A stretch of DNA of 64,000 bases from a virus: positions 32,001 through 96,000 of IMG/VR virus record IMGVR_UViG_3300021961_000042, one strand, 5' to 3'. Positions within the stretch are counted from its first letter, which is position 1. Each line of letters begins with the position of its first letter. Under the pieces are notes generated by a model. It had not been told where the DNA came from. It did no database searches and saw nothing but the letters and a program-made list of their open reading frames with translations. Shown piece after piece: positions 21,869-31,951 of the stretch. A program made the position numbers and the translations under genes.

Positions 21869-24636
21869 TGGCGGGAATATCGGGTAAAACGTTAGGTGGT
21901 TATTATAGTTATGTGGACTCTTGTGGTAATGCCCAACAAGGTTTTGCATTTGCAGATGTTTCCGTTTGTATTGATCAAACATATTCAGCAAGTACTGTTG
22001 GTTTAATTATTGATAGTGGTGCCACTTGTAATTTAAACTGTAATCAGGGACCAATAAGTTATACGTATAGTGTAACCGGTACTTGTGATAATGTCAGTGG
22101 AGGGACTATTAATTTACAAGTTTTTGGTGGTATTGCGCCATACACGATAACAAATACACAACCTGGTAGTGTTCCTGTACAAACTAGTTCGAGTTTATTT
22201 TCATATACAGGTTTAAGTGCTAGTACATACGTTTTTAGAATAAATGATTCATCTGCACCACAAAATAATGAATTATACTTTAATATTAACATATCTGAGT
22301 GTTTTGAAACAACAATAGATAACGTTTCAGGAACAACTTGCGGAGATAATGACGGATCTTTTTTCATTAATGCCAACTCCAATTCATCTCCTTATAATAT
22401 AATACTTTATAAAAACGGGATTTATTATTCGTTATATCAAACAAACACACTACCTTATTTAATTAATGGGTTGAGTTCTGGGATTTATAATGCGGTTGTT
22501 TATGATTATGGACTGACCACAGCTAATACTGAAAATGTAGTGATTAGTGCTAGTACCCCAATCGAATACGGAATTTGGAAAGTTAACACTTCTACATGTG
22601 TAATTAATACAGGTAAGTTGGCGGTAACTGGATTAACAGGAAATGGTCCTTTTACTATTCAGTGGTCTGACGGGCAGACAGGACAATTGGCTACAGGGTT
22701 AACAGAAGGTACATATAGTGTAACGGTTACTGATTATTACGGGTGCCAATCAACACAAACAGAAACAATCGGAGCGGCACTCCCTTTAGGGATTGTTGGA
22801 TCAACATCAGTTAATCCAACAGGTTGTTTTTCTTCTGATGGTAGTATAACCGTAAATATTTCTGGAGGTACGGGACCTTATTATTACTCTGCAAATACAA
22901 ACCAAGTTGGTTATACTTTGTCTGATACCTTTACTTTATCTAATATGCCTTCGGGTAATTATACTGTTTTTATTAGAGATGCTAACTTTTGTTCTATAAC
23001 AACAAACGTAAGTATTGGAGTACCATTTGGGTTCACATTTGTAGGGAATACAATAACAAATAGTCAATGTAATCAAAATTCAGGGTCTTTAACCACAACA
23101 ATACAAGGGGCAAATGGTTCTGTATTTTATAGTCTTTCAGGATTAACAAACGGAACATTTTATTCACAAAATTTACAATCAAATACTGCGACTTTTAATA
23201 ATTTATCTCCCGATAATTACTTATTAACAATATCAGGACAATCTAGTTCTTGTAATTACACAGATACGGTTTTAATACAATCTGTTGATAAGTTTAATGT
23301 ATCATTAAGTGTTACGGGGGACACATGTAATTCAGGTAATGGAAAAGTTGCTATAAATGTGGGTACTGGATACACTAATTGGCAAACAAACGGACAATTG
23401 GATTATATTTTAAGTAATGGTCAATCTATTATAGATACACCACTAACTTCATATACATTTACCAACCTAACTTCAGGAAATTATACATTACAAGTTGTAG
23501 ATGAAGATAATTGTTCTGTAACAAGAAACTTCACAATAGTACCGGGGGGTAATTTAAATAGTTTTGTAACAACCACAAATTTAATTAATGGAAATGATGG
23601 GTCTGCGACTGTTTTTATATTTGAAGGAGAACCTACGTTTACATACACTTGGAGTGATAACGTGCCCGCAGGAACAACAGGTAGTACCGCTACCGGATTA
23701 AGTGGTGGATCATATTCTGTTTTAGTTACAGATAGTAGTGGGTGTACAAATCAATTATCTTTTGAAATTATAAGCAATTCTAATAACCCAGGACTACCAC
23801 CAGGTATTAGTCCGAGTATTGTTTCAAATTATGTGGTTTATGAAATATGTTCCTCAAACTTTATAACAACATCGAACACAAAAAGAGGTATAAGTGAAAT
23901 GCTTAATGAAGGTTATTTGGATTTGAGTAGTGGTTATACAAATTGTATATTAAACACAGTTTCTTTAGATTGTATAATAACTATAAGTGGTGTTTCATAT
24001 ACACAAACACTAACCGCACCAAACGACGAATCATGGAAAACCGCAATTGAAACAATTTTATCATCAATACCTGAAATAAGTGATTATGACGTTGATTTAT
24101 TTAATAACACACTCCAAATAAAATCAACATGTACAGATGGTGTTGATAGTTTAGGAGAAACCGATTTTAAATTAGAGTTAGCAATAACATACGACATTAG
24201 TTGTTATGAACCGGTAACACCAACCCCAACAGTTACCGTGACACCAACACCTACACCAACCCCTACACCTACACCAACTCCTACACCTACACCAACACCT
24301 ACACCAACTCCGACGGCAACACCGGTACCTCCTCCATCATTTATGTGGTTCACAAATGGTCAGACATATCCGAGTACTGTTAATACTTACTGTACTGCGA
24401 CTAACTGTGCAACATTTACTTTTTATACAACAGGCGCCACAATATCTCAAAACGATATAATTTATGCGGATGTTGCACTTACACAAAATATTGGAGGATT
24501 AGCGACAAATTTTGGACCATCTGGTGGTGGATTTGGAAGAATGTTCCTATCTAATGATTGTCCAATAGTTGGTACAAGAATAATTGTACAAATAGATGGG
24601 ACAGGAAAAGTAATAAGTCAACCATACTCTTGTTAA
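21868..24636 (+). CDS. Cys/Thr-rich virion appendage protein with SprB-like repeats and (Pro-Thr)n linker
   Basis: Repeated C...G-x-I...GG-x-x-PY-x-Y/W...GL-x-x-G-x-Y-x-V-x-V-x-D...C units; PT tract near the C-terminus; no signal peptide. ATG overlaps the upstream stop (TAATG). Confidence 0.75.
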   Translation: MAGISGKTLGGYYSYVDSCGNAQQGFAFADVSVCIDQTYSASTVGLIIDSGATCNLNCNQGPISYTYSVTGTCDNVSGGTINLQVFGGIAPYTITNTQPGSVPVQTSSSLFSYTGLSASTYVFRINDSSAPQNNELYFNINISECFETTIDNVSGTTCGDNDGSFFINANSNSSPYNIILYKNGIYYSLYQTNTLPYLINGLSSGIYNAVVYDYGLTTANTENVVISASTPIEYGIWKVNTSTCVINTGKLAVTGLTGNGPFTIQWSDGQTGQLATGLTEGTYSVTVTDYYGCQSTQTETIGAALPLGIVGSTSVNPTGCFSSDGSITVNISGGTGPYYYSANTNQVGYTLSDTFTLSNMPSGNYTVFIRDANFCSITTNVSIGVPFGFTFVGNTITNSQCNQNSGSLTTTIQGANGSVFYSLSGLTNGTFYSQNLQSNTATFNNLSPDNYLLTISGQSSSCNYTDTVLIQSVDKFNVSLSVTGDTCNSGNGKVAINVGTGYTNWQTNGQLDYILSNGQSIIDTPLTSYTFTNLTSGNYTLQVVDEDNCSVTRNFTIVPGGNLNSFVTTTNLINGNDGSATVFIFEGEPTFTYTWSDNVPAGTTGSTATGLSGGSYSVLVTDSSGCTNQLSFEIISNSNNPGLPPGISPSIVSNYVVYEICSSNFITTSNTKRGISEMLNEGYLDLSSGYTNCILNTVSLDCIITISGVSYTQTLTAPNDESWKTAIETILSSIPEISDYDVDLFNNTLQIKSTCTDGVDSLGETDFKLELAITYDISCYEPVTPTPTVTVTPTPTPTPTPTPTPTPTPTPTPTPTATPVPPPSFMWFTNGQTYPSTVNTYCTATNCATFTFYTTGATISQNDIIYADVALTQNIGGLATNFGPSGGGFGRMFLSNDCPIVGTRIIVQIDGTGKVISQPYSC
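24211..24336 (+). repeat. (Pro-Thr)n coding repeat
   Basis: acacca/acacct hexamer array encoding PVTPTPTVTVTPTPTP...TATPVPPP. Confidence 0.95.
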
Positions 24637-24924
24637 ATGCCATATTCAATAGACATATTAAATATTTCAGGAGGTACACCACCTGTTTCATTATTTGCCT
24701 GTGATGAATTTGGTAATAATTGTACATTGTTAGGGACAACAACAGGCACTTATGTTTTACCCGCTCTTTTACAAACGGCAACTACTATTATGGTTAAAAC
24801 GGTTGATAGTACGGGTTGTATTTACTTTAAGATATTAACTTGTGAAGAAGAAACATATTTTGTATTAACAGAATTAGGAGACATTTTAGAAACTGAAAGT
24901 GGAGATTCATTAGTTTGGTCCTAA
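24637..24924 (+). CDS. small Cys-containing structural/adaptor protein (paralog 1)
   Basis: Shares G-x-x-P...CD...C...D-x-x-GC pattern with the 24940 and 30781 ORFs; ends VLTELGDILETESGDSLVWS. Confidence 0.7.
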   Translation: MPYSIDILNISGGTPPVSLFACDEFGNNCTLLGTTTGTYVLPALLQTATTIMVKTVDSTGCIYFKILTCEEETYFVLTELGDILETESGDSLVWS

Positions 24925-24939
24925 TCTATATTTATTATT

Positions 24940-25227
24940 ATGATAATTAATATTACTGGAGAAACAGGAACTTTAGAACCTTTAGATATTTTTCTTTGTG
25001 ACCCAACAAATACAGGATGTTTTTACATTTCAGGATTAACAAATATTCCAGCAACTGTTGTAATAAACACTGAAAACTATTTCCCAAACGAAAATTTTTT
25101 ATATTTAAGAATAGTCGATACTAATGGTTGCATTTACTCAACAATAATAGACTGTTTAGGTCAAAAGGCTTTCCAAGATGACATATACTTTAATTTTATG
25201 GACGGGTTTGGGTATATTTTTCAATAA
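24940..25227 (+). CDS. small Cys-containing structural/adaptor protein (paralog 2)
   Basis: Same pattern; ends KAFQDDIYFNFMDGFGYIFQ. Confidence 0.7.
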   Translation: MIINITGETGTLEPLDIFLCDPTNTGCFYISGLTNIPATVVINTENYFPNENFLYLRIVDTNGCIYSTIIDCLGQKAFQDDIYFNFMDGFGYIFQ

Positions 25228-25248
25228 TTAATATTTATAAAATAAAGT

Positions 25249-27090
25249 ATGCCAACATATCAATTATTAACGGATAGAACATTAGCAGATGCGTCAGCAA
25301 TAACGCCAACGACACTAATACATATAGTATATACAGGAGACCCATCTCAAAACCCTGCCGGATCCTCATATAAAGCAGAATTAGGACAATTAGTTGGATT
25401 ATTTAGTGGAGCATCTGACACTTTAGTGACGGGTGGAACATATAGTGCAGGAACAATTACTTTTACAAATAATAGTGGAGGAACATTTAATGTTTCAGGA
25501 TTAACAGAACCATTTAGCGGAGGATCAGGAAACTGTATTGCAGATCTATATGTTACAAATATACATGGATGTTCACCAATAACAATATACGATTCTATTA
25601 GATCTACAGGTTCTACGGTCTCAGGATTAACTTCATTTTCTTTTGGTTTTGAAACCTCCGCAACTACTGATTATTCTTTTGCTACTGGAGCACAAACTTT
25701 GGCTTCGGGACCATACTCACACGCTGAAGGTATTTTGACAATATCTTCAGGTATATCTTCACATGCAGAGGGAGTATTAACAGTTGCCGCTGAGTGGGGG
25801 TCCCATGCTGAGGGAGGATATTATAATGGTGCTAATTTTGCACCTGGAGGTAAGGCTCTTGCTTGGGGTTCACATGCTGAAGGAACATTAACTATCGCTT
25901 CGGGTGTTTCATCACATTCTGAAGGTGTTTATACTGTTGCCTTAGGATGGGGTTCACATGCAGAAGGAGGGTATGTAGATGGCGGTTTATATTCTGGTGG
26001 TACCGCTGTTGGTTTGGGTTCACATGCTGAAGGACAAGAAACAATATCATCGGGAACATCTTCACATTCAGAAGGTTGGTTAACAAATTCTAGTGGTTCT
26101 TATTCACATGCGGAAGGGCAACTAACACTATCTTTGGGACAATCTTCACATGCCGAAGGACAAACCACAATATCTTCAGGTGATTGGTCACATGCGGAAG
26201 GAAGTTCTACAATTGCATCAGGTAATTGGTCACATGCTGAAGGAAGTCAAACAGTCGCTAGTGGTGATTTTTCACATGCGGAAGGTTTTGGAACATTAGC
26301 AGATGGCAAGGGTTCACATGCGGAAGGAGGTTATTTCCTACACCCAACATACGTAAGTGGAGGTACCGCATTGGGTAGGGCTTCACATGCTGAAGGGGTA
26401 AAAACTACGGCTTATGGGATAGCATCCCATGCGGAAGGTGACGAGACATACTCTTTTGGTTTTGGGTCTCACGCCGAAGGTAATGGGACGTACACTTCAG
26501 GAACATACCAACACGCAACAGGAAAATGGAATTTGACTGCGGACACCAGTTCAGGTGCATTTATCATTGGTAATGGAACAAGTAATTTAAATAGAAGTAA
26601 TTTACTATTTGCGGCAAATTCAGGTGTTACAATTTATGGTAATTTTACTGCAAACACGGTATCTGCCACAACATATTATAATTTACCACCAAAAGAGGTT
26701 TTTTATAAATCTTCAGGACCTGGTTTTGCATATCTTGGTGAATTTTATGAACCATATTGTAGTGGTAGTTCCGATAAGGTTTATGTTAGCGGAACAATAC
26801 CTTATGATTTTGATAGTTTAATTAGTAGTAAACTAATAACTATTTCAGACTTCACGGCAAGTGAATTGACTGATTTGAGAATAAATTATAACCAAACGGG
26901 AGGTATTTTTAGTGCTAACACGGCCTTTACTCAAACATCAATTAGTTACACCACCGAAGAATTTACTGAAGTTGATATACTACCAATTTTTTCAGGTTTA
27001 TCCGCTAACGATAACTTTTCTGTTAGTATATTTCAAAATAACACTAACTTATTAGTCTTAGGTTTAAAAATGAAATATAATAGATTGTAA
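25249..27090 (+). CDS. fibre/adhesin-like protein with YadA-head-like SHAEG repeats
   Basis: About 17 repeats of roughly 14 aa (x-S-G-x-x-SHAEG-x-x-T); N-terminal ~42 aa nearly identical to the 31090 ORF. Confidence 0.75.
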   Translation: MPTYQLLTDRTLADASAITPTTLIHIVYTGDPSQNPAGSSYKAELGQLVGLFSGASDTLVTGGTYSAGTITFTNNSGGTFNVSGLTEPFSGGSGNCIADLYVTNIHGCSPITIYDSIRSTGSTVSGLTSFSFGFETSATTDYSFATGAQTLASGPYSHAEGILTISSGISSHAEGVLTVAAEWGSHAEGGYYNGANFAPGGKALAWGSHAEGTLTIASGVSSHSEGVYTVALGWGSHAEGGYVDGGLYSGGTAVGLGSHAEGQETISSGTSSHSEGWLTNSSGSYSHAEGQLTLSLGQSSHAEGQTTISSGDWSHAEGSSTIASGNWSHAEGSQTVASGDFSHAEGFGTLADGKGSHAEGGYFLHPTYVSGGTALGRASHAEGVKTTAYGIASHAEGDETYSFGFGSHAEGNGTYTSGTYQHATGKWNLTADTSSGAFIIGNGTSNLNRSNLLFAANSGVTIYGNFTANTVSATTYYNLPPKEVFYKSSGPGFAYLGEFYEPYCSGSSDKVYVSGTIPYDFDSLISSKLITISDFTASELTDLRINYNQTGGIFSANTAFTQTSISYTTEEFTEVDILPIFSGLSANDNFSVSIFQNNTNLLVLGLKMKYNRL

Positions 27091-27134
27091 TATTTTTAAT
27101 TTACAAAAAATACTATAACATTTATTATAACTAT

Positions 27135-28331
27135 ATGAAAATATTTGTTCAAATCGCATCATATAGAGATCCAGAGCTTCTACCAACAATTAGAGATTGT
27201 ATTAATAAGGCAAAACACCCTGAAAATTTAACTTTTGGTATATGTTGGCAAAAAGACGAAACAGAATCTTTAGAAGAATTTTATACCGATGATAGATTTA
27301 GAATTTTAGAATATCATTGGTCAGAAAGTAAAGGTTTATGTTGGGCACGTTCAGAAATACAAAAACTTTGGAAAGGAGAAGAATATACCTTACAACTAGA
27401 TTCACATCATAGATTTTTACAAAATTGGGATGAAGAATTAATCAATATGATGGGTATGGTTGACTCTGAAAAACCAATTATCACATCATATGCTGGAATG
27501 TACCGACCAAGTAATAATGAGTTATTAAATGTTGAACCATATAAAATGGTTGCTACAAATTTCACAGAAAGTGGAACAATTATGTTCAGACCACACTCAA
27601 TACCAAATTGGGAAACATTAGAAAAACCAATACCTGCTAGATTTGTTAGTGGACATTTTTTCTTCACATTAGGAAAACATTGTGAAGAATACAAATACGA
27701 CCCAAACATTTATTTTGCCGGTGATGAAATTAGTTTATCAATTCGTTCCTATACATTAGGGTATGATTTGTTTCACCCTCATAAAACAGTTGTGTGGCAT
27801 GAATATACAAGAGAAGGTAGAACAAAACATTGGACAGATTTTAATCAGGAAAATAAAACAAAAGGGGTTGTTGAAAAACAATGGTGGGAAATGGATAATG
27901 AATCCAAAAGAAGACTAAGACATATGTTACAAGAAGAAGATAATAACATAGACTTAGGAATATATGGATTAGGTAGTGTTAGAACACATAAAGAATATGA
28001 AGACTACGCAGGAATAAATTTTAAGTATAGGAAACTTCACCAAGAAACACTCAAAGGAACCAATCCACCAATTAATGATTCATCAGAATGGTATTTTAGT
28101 GAAGAAAAAGAATATAACTTGGAATTAGAAATACCAATTACCGAAGACTTTAAATTTATTTATGTTGGTATTGAAGATGATAAAAATAATGTTATCTACC
28201 GTAATGATCTAACCACTTACCAAGAAAAAATAACAGCATGTTTCAAGTCATTTTCTCAACCATATAAATGGGTATATTGGGTTTATGATAATACAGACAA
28301 TTGGATAAACAGACAAGATTTTTTATTATGA
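27135..28331 (+). CDS. glycosyltransferase, GT60 / Pfam GlcNAc-like (polypeptide alpha-GlcNAc transferase family)
   Basis: IFVQIASYRDPEL, SKGLCWAR, LQLDSHHRFLQNWD, YDPNIYFAGDEISLSIRSYTLGYDLFHP, YGLGSVRT. Confidence 0.85.
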   Translation: MKIFVQIASYRDPELLPTIRDCINKAKHPENLTFGICWQKDETESLEEFYTDDRFRILEYHWSESKGLCWARSEIQKLWKGEEYTLQLDSHHRFLQNWDEELINMMGMVDSEKPIITSYAGMYRPSNNELLNVEPYKMVATNFTESGTIMFRPHSIPNWETLEKPIPARFVSGHFFFTLGKHCEEYKYDPNIYFAGDEISLSIRSYTLGYDLFHPHKTVVWHEYTREGRTKHWTDFNQENKTKGVVEKQWWEMDNESKRRLRHMLQEEDNNIDLGIYGLGSVRTHKEYEDYAGINFKYRKLHQETLKGTNPPINDSSEWYFSEEKEYNLELEIPITEDFKFIYVGIEDDKNNVIYRNDLTTYQEKITACFKSFSQPYKWVYWVYDNTDNWINRQDFLL

Positions 28332-29125
28332 ATATAGGTGTATTTTACCAATCGGGACATAAATTAGTGGCATGCTACAAGGCGTTAGAACAATTAAGAA
28401 AAATCTACCCTAATGTACCTGTCGCATTATTTGAAGATGGATCTGATATTTTAGAACCCGTTGCAAAAAAGTTTAACTGTGATTACACTTGGTTAGAACA
28501 ACAAGGAGTGAATAATCCAACATCGGGGAGAGTTTTTGTAAAAGAAAACGGACAACTTGATTGGTTAAAAAGAATATATGATGCCTGTACTACAACATTA
28601 AAAGATGTTGATTGGGTTTTACATTATGAGGATGATGTTTGGTGTCGATTTGAAATAACAAAACCACCTAAGTTTGATATTTCAGGGGCAAATGGTCCAT
28701 TATATACTAAAGAACTTTATCAATATTTAAAAAATAAATTTAACGTATTGGACGAATCTAGACATCATTGGAGTCATTTAGGTTCATTAGAAAGTTATGG
28801 TGCTTGTGGAGGAACTATATTTAATAGAGAAAAATTTATTGAAATTTATAATAGATTAGATGAAGTACCGTGGAGTGAAATTTATAAATTAGATTCAAGA
28901 CCTATTGAATGGTGCGACGCAACACTATCATTTTTGTTTCAGTTTTTTGGTTATACTAGTGGTGTTTGGGAGGATTGGGCACAATACGATTCAAAAAATA
29001 TAGGTAATTGGTGGGATAAAACAGGGTGGTCAGTACCTATGGAAGAACAACCAAATGTTGCTTTTTTACACGCATATAAACATTTTTATAATTATAAACC
29101 TGAAGAAGTAATTTTAGATTTATAA
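28328..29125 (+). CDS. putative GT-A fold glycosyltransferase
   Basis: LFEDGSD, DWVLHYEDDVW (DxD-like), CGGTIFNR, WCDATLSFLF, C-terminal H-x-x-K; ATG overlaps the upstream GT stop (ATGA). Confidence 0.7.
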   Translation: MNIGVFYQSGHKLVACYKALEQLRKIYPNVPVALFEDGSDILEPVAKKFNCDYTWLEQQGVNNPTSGRVFVKENGQLDWLKRIYDACTTTLKDVDWVLHYEDDVWCRFEITKPPKFDISGANGPLYTKELYQYLKNKFNVLDESRHHWSHLGSLESYGACGGTIFNREKFIEIYNRLDEVPWSEIYKLDSRPIEWCDATLSFLFQFFGYTSGVWEDWAQYDSKNIGNWWDKTGWSVPMEEQPNVAFLHAYKHFYNYKPEEVILDL

Positions 29126-29162
29126 AACAAAAGTTAGATTATTTATATAATATAAAAATTAG

Positions 29163-30779
29163 ATGGCAGATTTAAGATTTCAAGGTTGTTGTTATGACGC
29201 TTATCAATATGTGACGGACGATACCGCTTGGGTAGCGACTGGTGGTACTGCAACAACAGGTTTAACATATCATTTTTCGGGAGACCCTATTGTACCTGAT
29301 GGGTGTTATACTATTGTATCGGCTTTTACTTCAGGGTTTACTGCAACAACATTTACAAATTTAGATGGAACTTATACTTTACAAACCGATTGTTCAGATA
29401 CGTTATGTGCTACTGGTGATTGTTGTAGTAATGAAGTTTGTATTTCGATAAACTTTAGTGGATACACAGCAATAACCGGAAATTATAATGTTTCTGGATA
29501 TAATAATGGATATCCATTTTGGACAGGAGGAACAAATCCGGGTTACCTTTTTTATGATAACACTAAATGGTGTTTATCTACAGGACTTACAGGTAATTGT
29601 TTTTTTTATGGATCACAACCAACAACACAAACTTGTCCTGATTTAGACTCAACAATTTTAAACAATGGTGTTTGTCCTTCAGGATCTACACCATCTGACC
29701 CATGTTCATTATTAGATTTTGATATTTTATTGGAATGTGAAATACCAACACCTACACCAACACCTACACCCACACCCACTCCTACACCCACTCCTACACC
29801 CACACCAACTCCAAACCTATGCTCAGGTTTTACGGTTTCCATTTCAATATCAGGATCACCAGCACCTTTACCCCCACCCACACCTACACCTACACCCACA
29901 CCAACCATGTATCCAATTTTATCATCGGTTACTTACGTAGTGGATAGTGGGTTATTTGATTGTGCAAATGTTAAGCAATTAGTAGACTGTGATACAGGTT
30001 TAAGTTATTATGTAACAGGACCTATAACATTTTCAGGATCAGGAGTTACAACAGGGACAACATTTTTGGCGGTTATTAATGGAACTTATAAATGCGTGAC
30101 ATACCAAAATGATATATTTGGTAGTGTTTCAAATTATTTGAATTCAGTTCAAGCCATTTATATATCGGGATGTACGTCTTGTATTGCACCTACACCCACA
30201 CCAACCGCAACACCTACACCTACACCTACTCCGACACCTACTCCGACACCTACACCTACTCCGACATTTCCGGTAAATGCTCAATTTATATTTACATCTT
30301 GTACAAATAACAGTATGATCATTCAATACACATATCCAGGATCTACTGTTGATGTTGGAGATGTTTTAAAATCTTCTTCAGGTAGTTGTTATACCTATAT
30401 TGGTAACTTTGTTGGTTATACGCCACCTGCTGGGTTTATATGGTCACAACAAGAGGTATTTACAGGTACTTCTTTTACGGTGTTTAAATCATGTGAGGCA
30501 TGTTTGTTACCAACACCAACACCAACACCGACAGTCACTTCTTGGAATGTAAAGGGCGAATTTAGTTTGAATTGTCCTGTTTGTGAATTAACAAATGGAG
30601 GTACAACACAAACAATATACGCTGACGGATTATTGTTAGAAGATGGTGTTTATGTTTATGAAGATGTTGGATTAACAATTCCGGTATTTGTAACCTACAT
30701 AAAATACGGAACCAAAATATTTGAGGTGAGTTCAACAGGGTTATTAACTGAATATTGTAATGTAAACGGAAATTGTTAA
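29163..30779 (+). CDS. Cys-rich modular virion appendage protein with four (Pro-Thr)n linkers
   Basis: Small Cys-rich domains separated by PT tracts; C-terminal domain resembles that of the 21868 ORF. Confidence 0.75.
   Translation: MADLRFQGCCYDAYQYVTDDTAWVATGGTATTGLTYHFSGDPIVPDGCYTIVSAFTSGFTATTFTNLDGTYTLQTDCSDTLCATGDCCSNEVCISINFSGYTAITGNYNVSGYNNGYPFWTGGTNPGYLFYDNTKWCLSTGLTGNCFFYGSQPTTQTCPDLDSTILNNGVCPSGSTPSDPCSLLDFDILLECEIPTPTPTPTPTPTPTPTPTPTPTPNLCSGFTVSISISGSPAPLPPPTPTPTPTPTMYPILSSVTYVVDSGLFDCANVKQLVDCDTGLSYYVTGPITFSGSGVTTGTTFLAVINGTYKCVTYQNDIFGSVSNYLNSVQAIYISGCTSCIAPTPTPTATPTPTPTPTPTPTPTPTPTFPVNAQFIFTSCTNNSMIIQYTYPGSTVDVGDVLKSSSGSCYTYIGNFVGYTPPAGFIWSQQEVFTGTSFTVFKSCEACLLPTPTPTPTVTSWNVKGEFSLNCPVCELTNGGTTQTIYADGLLLEDGVYVYEDVGLTIPVFVTYIKYGTKIFEVSSTGLLTEYCNVNGNC
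29744..30532 (+). repeat. four (Pro-Thr)n coding tracts (approx. 29744-29812, 29874-29906, 30188-30266, 30510-30532)
   Basis: acacct/acaccc/actcct hexamer arrays in frame with the 29163 ORF. Confidence 0.92.
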
Positions 30780-30780
30780 T

Positions 30781-31065
30781 ATGGCACAAATTGTAACATT
30801 AAATTCAACAACAGGTACATTCCCATTAGATGTTTGGGTATGTGATGGGTGTGTTTCCACATCTACTTGTTTATATATTGGAACAACATCTTCATTACCT
30901 TATAATTTTACATTACCATCTTTTTTTGAAGAAAGTCCATCGTACTCAATAAAAGTTATTGATGCAAATGAATGTGAATATTGTTTAACCGACAGTTCAT
31001 TTAAAGAGTTTATGGATGACGATATTTTTATATTTATGGACGATACACCATATGAATTTCAATAA
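30781..31065 (+). CDS. small Cys-containing structural/adaptor protein (paralog 3)
   Basis: Same pattern as 24637/24940; ends KEFMDDDIFIFMDDTPYEFQ. Confidence 0.7.
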   Translation: MAQIVTLNSTTGTFPLDVWVCDGCVSTSTCLYIGTTSSLPYNFTLPSFFEESPSYSIKVIDANECEYCLTDSSFKEFMDDDIFIFMDDTPYEFQ

Positions 31066-31089
31066 ACTTATATATATTATATAAAAGAC

Positions 31090-31950
31090 ATGGCAAAATT
31101 AACTGATAAAACATTAGCACAAGCAACAGCAATAACACCAACGACGTTGATACATATTGTGTATACAGGAGATCCTTCGCAGAATGCTGCAGGATCTTCG
31201 TATAAAGCGGAATTAGGTCAATTAACTACGATATTTGGTAGTGGTGGTAATTATTGGACATCGGGATCAAGTGGTACAGACTCTGTAGTCATAATAAATT
31301 CAAGTGGGGCTGACGCCACCGCAAATAGAGCATTGGCTTGGGGTAATCAAACACTGGCTTCAGGTTCTGATTCCACCGCTAGCGGATTTCAGACACAAGC
31401 GACTGGGTCAACATCGACCGCTCAAGGATATGAAACAATTGCTGGGGGCAGTAGATCACATGCGGAAGGGTTCCAAACTAGAGCGATAGGAACTAATTCA
31501 CATGCCGAAGGAAATGCCTGTGAGGCGAATGGAAACACGTCACACGCAGAAGGTTGGGTATGTTTGGCGAACGGAGATTTTTCACACGCAGAAGGTTGGA
31601 CAACTACTGCGGATGGAGATAGGTCCCATTCCCAAGGATATCTAACCGTTGCTAGTGGTAATAAATCACACGCGGGTGGAGATTCCTCAATTGCATCAGG
31701 GGAGACATCATTCATTCATTCAACTAATTCATTAGTCACTGGTACAAGAAGTGTATTATTGGGAGGACAGAATTTAACAGGAACAACAGACGATACCGTT
31801 TATGTACCTAATTTTATTATAAAAACATCTTATACACCAACTAGTACCGCTGATGTTGCTGGTGAACCCGGTTCTATAACATGGGACGATGATAATTTTT
31901 ATTATAAAACTAATAATGGTTGGTTTATAGTTACAGGATCTACTTTCTAA
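31090..31950 (+). CDS. short fibre/adhesin-like protein with SHAEG repeats
   Basis: N-terminus LTDKTLAQATAITPTTLIHIVYTGDPSQNAAGSSYKAELGQL; SHAEG repeats; C-terminal GEPGSITWDDDNFYYKTNNGW. Confidence 0.75.
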   Translation: MAKLTDKTLAQATAITPTTLIHIVYTGDPSQNAAGSSYKAELGQLTTIFGSGGNYWTSGSSGTDSVVIINSSGADATANRALAWGNQTLASGSDSTASGFQTQATGSTSTAQGYETIAGGSRSHAEGFQTRAIGTNSHAEGNACEANGNTSHAEGWVCLANGDFSHAEGWTTTADGDRSHSQGYLTVASGNKSHAGGDSSIASGETSFIHSTNSLVTGTRSVLLGGQNLTGTTDDTVYVPNFIIKTSYTPTSTADVAGEPGSITWDDDNFYYKTNNGWFIVTGSTF

Positions 31951-31951
31951 A

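Noticed and set aside
25660-26530. Recurring tcacatgc(t/g)gaagg as a CRISPR array or DGR template/variable repeats
   Set aside because: Encodes SHAEG protein repeats with third-position variation; no adenine-specific pattern and no reverse transcriptase in the window.
24211-30532. acacca/acacct arrays as CRISPR or non-coding satellites
   Set aside because: They are in-frame Pro-Thr codons with synonymous variation and no spacers.
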